Assembly: GCA_039931815.1 (NCBI GenBank) | Contig: JBDTRF010000002.1 | Span: 1 to 42,424 of the forward strand | Reading direction: 5' to 3' | Source of the DNA: Gemmatimonadota bacterium | GTDB taxonomy: Bacteria; Gemmatimonadota; Gemmatimonadetes; Gemmatimonadales; GWC2-71-9 | DNA length: 42,424 nt | Shown: positions 6,541 to 13,235 of the stretch, piece after piece | Numbering within the stretch: the first letter of the stretch is position 1 | How the letters are laid out: every line of letters begins with the position of its first letter | The notes under the pieces: model-generated | What the model was told of the DNA's origin: nothing | Seen by the model: only the letters and a program-made list of their open reading frames with translations | Databases searched by the model: none | Program-made: the position numbers and the translations under genes

Positions 6541-9084
6541 ATGGCGACAGGCGCAATGGTCGTCGCTCGAGAGCGGGCGACTCACCTCCTCAACTGGACG
6601 ACCCTGAGCCGACTGCTGGCGACCACCCTGCAGTTAGGGCTTGCCGTGCTGATTGTTCGCCAGTTCCAGATCGAAAGCCGGGCCTTCTACAACCTGTCCC
6701 TGCTGGTCCTCGGCGGCTTCGTCCTTCATGTCGCGCTTCCCGCAGTGTACCGGCTGCCCTTTTTTGCGCTCCTCTCCCTGACGGGTACACTGGTCGTGCT
6801 GGGCATTGGAAACGGGCTCTGGGTGTTGGGATTGGGCGGGCTCCTCCTGGTGCTCTGCCACTTGCCCGCCCGGTTTGGTCTCCGCCTGGGCCTGATTCTT
6901 GGAGCCGCAATCCTCCTCGCTGCTTTTCGCACCCGGTTATTGCCCTCGGGCATTCCACTGGCAATCTGGCCTGTCCTGGCCTCGATGTTCATGTTCCGGA
7001 TGGCCATCTACCTGTACGATCTGAACCATTCGGAGAAGGCCGGCAGTCCAGCCCAGATCATAGCCTACTTCTTCATGCTTCCGAACACGGCATTCCCCCT
7101 TTTTCCTGTCGTGGACTACAAGACGTTCATCCGAACCTACTACGACGAGGACGAGTGGCAGATTTACCAGCGCGGGATGCAATGGATCCTCCGTGGCCTG
7201 CTCCATCTCATCGCCTATCGCCTGGTCTATCACTATCTCACGCTTGACCTGGCGGAGGTACGAACCGGACCGCAGGTCATCGAGTATATTTTTTCCTCAT
7301 TCATTCTGTACCTGCGCGTTTCAGGCATGTACCACATCGCCGTCGGCATCCTCCACCTGTTCGGTTTCCGGCTTCCCGAAACGAATCACTTCTGGTTGTT
7401 CTGCCAGAGCTTCACCGATCTCTGGCGGCGGATGAATATCTATTTCAAGGATTTCATGATGAAGCTGGTGTATTACCCCAGCTTCTTTCGCCTTCGCAGG
7501 ACGGGAAATCGGAAAGCCATCGCCCTGGCGCTTGTCGCGGTGTTTGTCATGACGTGGGCGCTCCACGCGGTGCAGTGGTTCTGGCTGCGAGGCGGCCTGT
7601 TGCTCACCTTCCAGGATATGCTTTTCTACGTCATCCTCGGATCACTGGTTATTTACCAGTCCCTCAAGGAAGCGAAACCGGGCCGCCGTCGGATGACCGA
7701 TACAGGCCAGGCCGGCTGGAGCGCCAGGCGGTCGCTCAACGCCTTCCTCACCATGGGCCTCCTCATGACCGTCTGGTCGTTCTGGACGGCGGACTCGGTG
7801 GATCAGTGGCTCGCGATGTGGTCCACGCTATCAGTCTGGCCGGCGAGGGGCACCGCGATCGTGGCCGTTTCCCTCATCGGCTACCTGGCGATGGCCGGGC
7901 TACCCTGGAGAGCGCCGGACCTGTCAGCCAGGAAACCGGCAGGACTCTTTCGCCCCGCCTTGCTGACGACCGGAGCGCTTTCCCTCATCTTTGTCGTCGG
8001 GCAGCCTCGGATCTATCAACGCCTGAGTCCCAGGACGGTGGCGGTGGTTCAGACGATCCAGGAGAATCGTCTCAACCAGCGGGACAATGCCATTCTCCTC
8101 CGCGGCTACTATGAAAAAGTGGACAACGGTAATCAGCTGGGAAGCCAGCTGTGGGAGGTCAAGGAAGGCGAACCCGATAACCTCCGTATCACCGAAACCG
8201 CCGCGTTTCGGGGGCGCGACGATTTCCTGGGTGGGGAGCTGATTCCGTCCATCAGCACGGTGTTCAAGGAACGGGAATTCCAGACCAATCGATGGGGAAT
8301 GCACGACCGTGATTACGAGCACGCCAAGGCGCCGGGAACCTGGCGCGTAACCCTGCTGGGACCATCCGATGTGATGGGCCCCGGTGTTGGGGAGGGCGAA
8401 ACGTTCGAAGCCCTGGTCGAGGAACGGCTCAATCGCGAACACCGTGGTGACAGGCACCAGCGCTACGAAATCCTCAACTTCGGCGTTGCCGCGTTTACGC
8501 TTCCTCAGCAGGTTGCCATGCTGGACCAGCGGGCACTCGAATTTGATCCTGACGCGGTTATGATCACCTTTCATCCTGCTTCCGACCCGCCTACCGCACT
8601 GCGTTATGTTACGGGCGCCGTCCTTCGCGGCACGGAGATTCCTTATCCGGAACTTCAGGGCTACATCCTGAAATCCGGGGTCACCCGTACGACCCGGGAA
8701 GCCAGCGCCAAGCGCCAGCTTTGGCCTTACGCCAACGCCATGCTGGAATGGAGTTTCCGGCAGATGGCCGAGGCCTGTCGCGCGCGGGGAATTCCGATCG
8801 TGCTGCTGGTCCTGGATGCCATCAACGAGCCTTCGGATCCTGAACAGCCGCTGATCCGCTACGCCGACAGCCTGGGTTACATCGTCGTTGACTTGCGAAA
8901 TGCGCCGAAAGGTCACGATCCCGGGAGCCTGATGCTGGCCGAGTGGGATCGCCACCCCAACAAGCTGGGCCACCGGCTGCTGGCCGATGCCCTGTACGGA
9001 CAGCTGGTTTCCCTCGGCGATACACTGGGACTCGGGCTCAAACCAACATCCACAGTTTCCCTTACCAACCAGGAGGAGCAGTGA
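6541..9084 (+). CDS. MBOAT-family membrane acyltransferase fused to a C-terminal SGNH/GDSL-like domain (paralog 2)
   Basis: 847-aa ORF with AGGAAAGG upstream of ATG 6541. Collinear with paralog 1: FFMLPN.(A/S)FPLFPVVDYKTF, VSGMYHIAVG, FTDLWRRMNIYFKDFMMKLVYYP, TWALHA, then RVTLLGPSDVMGPGV, YEILNFGV and WDRHPNKLGH. Its stop TGA 9082-9084 overlaps the GTG start of the next gene. Confidence 0.8.
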   Translation: MATGAMVVARERATHLLNWTTLSRLLATTLQLGLAVLIVRQFQIESRAFYNLSLLVLGGFVLHVALPAVYRLPFFALLSLTGTLVVLGIGNGLWVLGLGGLLLVLCHLPARFGLRLGLILGAAILLAAFRTRLLPSGIPLAIWPVLASMFMFRMAIYLYDLNHSEKAGSPAQIIAYFFMLPNTAFPLFPVVDYKTFIRTYYDEDEWQIYQRGMQWILRGLLHLIAYRLVYHYLTLDLAEVRTGPQVIEYIFSSFILYLRVSGMYHIAVGILHLFGFRLPETNHFWLFCQSFTDLWRRMNIYFKDFMMKLVYYPSFFRLRRTGNRKAIALALVAVFVMTWALHAVQWFWLRGGLLLTFQDMLFYVILGSLVIYQSLKEAKPGRRRMTDTGQAGWSARRSLNAFLTMGLLMTVWSFWTADSVDQWLAMWSTLSVWPARGTAIVAVSLIGYLAMAGLPWRAPDLSARKPAGLFRPALLTTGALSLIFVVGQPRIYQRLSPRTVAVVQTIQENRLNQRDNAILLRGYYEKVDNGNQLGSQLWEVKEGEPDNLRITETAAFRGRDDFLGGELIPSISTVFKEREFQTNRWGMHDRDYEHAKAPGTWRVTLLGPSDVMGPGVGEGETFEALVEERLNREHRGDRHQRYEILNFGVAAFTLPQQVAMLDQRALEFDPDAVMITFHPASDPPTALRYVTGAVLRGTEIPYPELQGYILKSGVTRTTREASAKRQLWPYANAMLEWSFRQMAEACRARGIPIVLLVLDAINEPSDPEQPLIRYADSLGYIVVDLRNAPKGHDPGSLMLAEWDRHPNKLGHRLLADALYGQLVSLGDTLGLGLKPTSTVSLTNQEEQ

Positions 9085-9344
9085 CCAACGACGAGATCAT
9101 GCGAACGGTGAAGGAATACATTCTCAAGACATTCCTTCCCGGAGAAGACCCCAAGGCGTTGACCGAGAGTACGCAGCTCATCACCGGCGGCGTCCTGGAC
9201 TCGCTGGCGACACTGGAGCTGGTTTCGTTTATCGAGCAGCAATACGGGATTGAACTCCAGGCGCACGAAGTCGACGCGGCAAACCTGGGAACCCTGCCGG
9301 CCATCGCGGCCCTGGTACAATCCAAGGTGGTCGCCCGCACGTGA
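9081..9344 (+). CDS. Small acyl/peptidyl carrier protein, DltC-like
   Basis: In-frame GTG 9081 lies just after AGGAGGAG (9071-9078), overlapping the upstream stop as GTGA. ATG 9099 is an alternative start. Phosphopantetheine site GGVLDSLATLELV (Ser codon 9201-9203). The pattern G.LDS..T.EL...IE..Y.I resembles DltC. About 87 aa. Confidence 0.8.
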   Translation: MTNDEIMRTVKEYILKTFLPGEDPKALTESTQLITGGVLDSLATLELVSFIEQQYGIELQAHEVDAANLGTLPAIAALVQSKVVART

Positions 9345-10909
9345 GCGATACCACGTTGCACCGGATGATGGAAACCGCGGCGCACCGGTTCCCCGATCGC
9401 ACCGCGGTAGATGATCCTGGCAAGGGTACGATGACCTACCAGGACCTGGCGCGCCTGTCAGATAAGCTTCGTGACAGGCTGGCCGGGATGGGGGTGAAGC
9501 CGGGAGATCGTGTCGGTCTCTACATGGCCAAATCCATTGACGCCATCGTATCCATCTTCGGCATTCTGAAGACTGGCGCAGCCTACGTGCCGGTTGATCC
9601 GGGCGCCCCCGCTCCCCGTTGCGCCTACATTCTCAACAACTGCTCCGTACGTGTCATTATCACTGAACGACGCCTGGCGGATGAGCTGACGGGGGAGCTG
9701 ACCGCCCTGGGGTCGGTGCCACCGCTCTTCATCATCGATGAGCCCCGCGACGGGGTTCTGCCTCTGTCACGACTGCTCCAGGCGGAGGACGAGAAAAACC
9801 CGGCGCCCGTAGTCGCCAGCGCCGATCCCGGACCCGACGGCCTGGCGTATATCCTTTATACGTCGGGATCGACCGGCAAGCCGAAGGGCGTCATGCTGAC
9901 CCACCGCTGTGCGGTCAGCTACGTCGATTGGTGCTCGGCCGTTTTTCTCCCCACTCCGGAAGACCGCTTCTCCTCACACGCCCCGCTTCACTTTGACCTC
10001 TCGATCCTCGACATCTACGTCCCGCTCAAGCACGGCGCGACGCTGATCCTGATTGGCGAGGAACTGGGGAAGGACCCGCTCAATCTCGCTCCGCTGATCG
10101 CGGAGAAGCGCATCACGGTATGGTACTCGACGCCTTCGATTCTGAGCCTGCTGGCGCAGTACGGCAAACTTGCCCGCCACGACTATTCCGCACTCCGATT
10201 TGTCTTTTTTGCGGGCGAGGTCTTTCCAGTACCGCAGCTGCGCGCGCTGCACGCGCTCTGGCCTCATCCCCGTTACTTCAATTTGTATGGCCCCACCGAG
10301 ACGAACGTGTGCACCTATTACGAGGTGCCTGCCCAGATACCGCCGGAGCGCACGGAGCCATTCCCGATTGGAAAGACCTGTGAGCACCTCGAGTGCAAGG
10401 TGGTCGACCTGGACGGATCGACTGTACCGCGGGGCGCGGAGGGAGAGCTGGTCGTGTGGGGACCCGGCGTCATGATCGGATACTGGAATCTCCCGGAACA
10501 GAACGCCGCAGCCTTCATGGTCGACCCCGATGGCAAGAAATGGTATCACACGGGAGACCTGGTCGTGGAGGAGCCGAACGGGGACTATATCTTCCACGGA
10601 CGGCGGGACCGGATGGTGAAGCGGCGTGGCTACCGGGTCGAGCTGGGCGAGATTGAGGCCGGCCTGGCGACCCATCCGCAAGCGAAAGAAGTGGCCGTCG
10701 TGGCGCTACCCGACAGAGACGCGGGAGTAAGGATCAAGGCATTCCTTTCCATCAAGAACGGAAAGGCGCCGAGTATCATCGAGATGAAACAGTTTTGTAT
10801 GGAAACGTTGCCGAAGTATATGGTACCCGACGTGTTTACCTTTCTCGAAGCGCTGCCAAGGACCTCGACCGACAAAATAGACTATCAGAAACTTAAAGAA
10901 ACCAACTGA
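9341..10909 (+). CDS. Stand-alone amino-acid adenylation enzyme (ANL superfamily; DltA/PltF-like carrier-protein ligase)
   Basis: GTG 9341 overlaps the carrier-gene stop as GTGA. NRPS A-domain cores are present: LAYILYTSGSTGKPKG (A3), HFDLSI (A4), NLYGPTE (A5), GELVVWGPGVMIGYW (A6), YHTGDL (A7), GRRDRMVKRRGYRVELGEIE (A8), LPKYMVP (A9) and TSTDKID (A10). There are no C, T or TE domains. Confidence 0.9.
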   Translation: MSDTTLHRMMETAAHRFPDRTAVDDPGKGTMTYQDLARLSDKLRDRLAGMGVKPGDRVGLYMAKSIDAIVSIFGILKTGAAYVPVDPGAPAPRCAYILNNCSVRVIITERRLADELTGELTALGSVPPLFIIDEPRDGVLPLSRLLQAEDEKNPAPVVASADPGPDGLAYILYTSGSTGKPKGVMLTHRCAVSYVDWCSAVFLPTPEDRFSSHAPLHFDLSILDIYVPLKHGATLILIGEELGKDPLNLAPLIAEKRITVWYSTPSILSLLAQYGKLARHDYSALRFVFFAGEVFPVPQLRALHALWPHPRYFNLYGPTETNVCTYYEVPAQIPPERTEPFPIGKTCEHLECKVVDLDGSTVPRGAEGELVVWGPGVMIGYWNLPEQNAAAFMVDPDGKKWYHTGDLVVEEPNGDYIFHGRRDRMVKRRGYRVELGEIEAGLATHPQAKEVAVVALPDRDAGVRIKAFLSIKNGKAPSIIEMKQFCMETLPKYMVPDVFTFLEALPRTSTDKIDYQKLKETN

Positions 10910-11057
10910 GAGTTGCTCAACGTAACTCAATGACATTGAGAATACTCGGCTCACACACTCCCGATTCGAACTCCGCACCATCGGTTCCGCGCCTTTACTT
11001 TCGGCTGTCTCTTCCTTTTCGCCTGCCTTTCTCCTCTCAGTTACTTTCTCCTGCCTG

Positions 11058-12026
11058 TTAACGGTCCACCCACTTCTCCTCTCCTGCCAGGTCCCGCGGC
11101 CGAGCCCAGAAGTACCAGAGACGAGGCGCCCGGACAATGCGTTCTTTCATATCCTCCGCAACCTGATGGGCCCGTCCTCGCAGCATCAACCCCGTGCTCG
11201 CCGGCGTGAGCGACGATTGGTAACCAAATTGCCGCATGACAGGGCCAGCCACGGTTTCGATCAGGCGGATCTGGTCCGGAGAAAGCTGGTCCTTCCACGC
11301 TCCTGATCGATCCTTGCTCAAGGCACCCTGGGCCCGCTCGAACCAGGGCTTGTCGGTTTTCGCTGGCTTCCCCGCATCAAGCATTATGGGGGTAAAAGGT
11401 TCGTTGATGAACCGGCAGATCTCTTCCAGCCCGGCTTCCGGGTTCGCGACAAGGTCCTCGTAGCGAATTCTCAGGTAGCGAGGATTCCCGTTCGATTTCT
11501 CGGCCGCCAGCGTGAGGCTCACCCAGAGCGCCGCATTAGCGGCCGCACTGCGACGTCCCCAGGGCACGTTGAACAACGAAGCGGTAACATCGCGAGGATC
11601 GCGGAGGAGATGGATGACGCGCCCCTCTGGATACCACTCGAGTAACTCGGCGGTATTCCACGCGTGGTGCGGGGTCTTCTCTCCGGGCCGAACCTTCCAC
11701 TGGGAATCCGCGTAGAATTGAATAACGCTGGCAAAGAAGGCCTGGTAGTCGGTTCCTTCGAGCATCAGGCGATCGCGGAGCGCATCAAGGTCCAGCTTGA
11801 GGCGCCGCATTCGTGACGTGGCGAAATAGCTGTCGATCAGGCGGCGGCGGTTCGATTCCTCGGCGAGGTCGCCGAAGGCTTTGCGCCGGATAAACACGTA
11901 ATAGAAGAAATACGTCTCGTCGCAGAGCCCGATACGAGGATGCCGGTTGAGCATGGCCCGCAGGAGGGTGGTTCCGCTGCGGGGAGCGCCAACGATGAAG
12001 ATTGGTTCAAAACGGGCAGTAATCAT
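11058..12026 (-). CDS. Sulfotransferase family protein
   Basis: 322-aa ORF. It has a 5'-PSB loop (FIVGAPRSGTTLL) and a 3'-PB motif (IHLLRDPRDV), typical of PAPS-dependent sulfotransferases. Confidence 0.8.
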   Translation of the reverse strand: MITARFEPIFIVGAPRSGTTLLRAMLNRHPRIGLCDETYFFYYVFIRRKAFGDLAEESNRRRLIDSYFATSRMRRLKLDLDALRDRLMLEGTDYQAFFASVIQFYADSQWKVRPGEKTPHHAWNTAELLEWYPEGRVIHLLRDPRDVTASLFNVPWGRRSAAANAALWVSLTLAAEKSNGNPRYLRIRYEDLVANPEAGLEEICRFINEPFTPIMLDAGKPAKTDKPWFERAQGALSKDRSGAWKDQLSPDQIRLIETVAGPVMRQFGYQSSLTPASTGLMLRGRAHQVAEDMKERIVRAPRLWYFWARPRDLAGEEKWVDR

Positions 12027-12162
12027 GGCCTATGGCGTATCGCGTAGGGCAATGTGACGGCGCCCATCCCGACGGGCTCCGGAATCAATGCTGTCAACAT
12101 CCTGTCGGCGGACGATATAATCAGCAACGATCACATTGCCATACGCCATTCGCCGTAATCGG

Positions 12163-13071
12163 TCACGGCTTGCCCGTGATATACCCGATCATCTCTCCCA
12201 ATGACCAGGTGGCGAGCAGCAGCAACACGACGGGAGATGCAACGATGAACTTGCCGATCGTTACCTTTTTCGCCAGCTGATGCCGGGCAAGGCGGTAGAA
12301 GAGCAGCAACGGGAGCGCGGGCGCGATGGCGGCCAGCACCAGCCTCTTTCCGAGCCCGCTTTCTCTCGCCCGCGTATAGGCAAAGAGTCGCCCCCACCCA
12401 ACCCGCTCCGAGACCAGGCGGCCGATCGTAAGGTCATCCCGCATCTGGTCCACCGCGAACTCATTGGACAGGTACAACGTCTCACCCGCCCGGGCGAGCG
12501 CCCAGTGTACCGTGGTTTCGTGATATCGCTCCTTCCAGAGTTCTCGCGTCTGCTCCAGGGCCCGCCGCTTGTAGCCAATATTGACGTCGGTCACATATTC
12601 GCGCGGACCGGGGTCGAGCGGCAGTTGATAGCGGCCGAAATCGCAGAAATATACCGCCCAGTTAAGCACGCGATCGCGTCCATTATCCACGCCGCCTCCG
12701 ATCACCGCGTGATCCAGGCGTTGATGAATAGCGGTCAGGTTGCGAGCCCAGTCCCGGCGAGGAACGCCTCGATCCTCCACGATGGCGACAAGATCACCCC
12801 GAGTACGGGCGAGTCCAGCCGACCGACGACGATCAAACAGCTCATGCTGTCCGGCGGGTCCGAATTTCGGGCGCGTGGTTGTGATCGTTCCCAGGGGGAC
12901 AAAGTGGAACGCCGGAAAGCGCGCCGCGATCGCGTCCATGCCGACTAGGCTGTCGTCGTAGGGAACCACCACGTCCAGTGGCGGCGCGGATTCCTGTTGC
13001 GTAAGGGCGGTTAGGCATCGAACCAGGGTGTCGCCACCATCGACAACCGTTACCATGACGGAAAGCAGCAT
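12163..13071 (-). CDS. Glycosyltransferase family 2-like protein with C-terminal membrane segments
   Basis: Track ORF 12163-13092 has a GTG start. I prefer ATG 13071 (MLLSVMVTVVDGG, GGAG upstream). It shows a GT-A-like N-terminus, VVVPYDDS, and hydrophobic C-terminal helices. The start is uncertain. Confidence 0.6.
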   Translation of the reverse strand: MLLSVMVTVVDGGDTLVRCLTALTQQESAPPLDVVVPYDDSLVGMDAIAARFPAFHFVPLGTITTTRPKFGPAGQHELFDRRRSAGLARTRGDLVAIVEDRGVPRRDWARNLTAIHQRLDHAVIGGGVDNGRDRVLNWAVYFCDFGRYQLPLDPGPREYVTDVNIGYKRRALEQTRELWKERYHETTVHWALARAGETLYLSNEFAVDQMRDDLTIGRLVSERVGWGRLFAYTRARESGLGKRLVLAAIAPALPLLLFYRLARHQLAKKVTIGKFIVASPVVLLLLATWSLGEMIGYITGKP

Positions 13072-13235
13072 AGACTCCGCGGGGATAGTCACTGATAAAA
13101 ACTGGAATCAATCAACACATTGGAGATGCCTCAACGAACCCGACGTAACTCCAGTGGAGCGAGCACCACGGATCATCTCAATAGCCGTCACAGGGGAGCG
13201 TGACCACTACCGGTCGGTGACCCGGCCCGGGCGAC

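Noticed and set aside
9341-10909. Possibility that the adenylase is a fragment of a multimodular NRPS
   Set aside because: The ORF is complete at 522 aa and carries only the A1-A10 cores. No condensation, thiolation or thioesterase domains occur here or in adjacent genes. It is a stand-alone ligase like DltA or PltF.
10926-10940. Hairpin CTCAAT-GAC-ATTGAG after the adenylase stop, considered as an intrinsic terminator
   Set aside because: The stem is 6 bp and AT-rich, and there is no following T-tract. It is too weak to call.
13211-13235. GC-rich inverted repeat GGTCG...CGACC with inner CCCGG/CCGGG, just after the GMC oxidoreductase stop (minus strand)
   Set aside because: There is no U-tract on the transcribed strand and the next gene follows in the same orientation. 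It may be structural but cannot be called a terminator.
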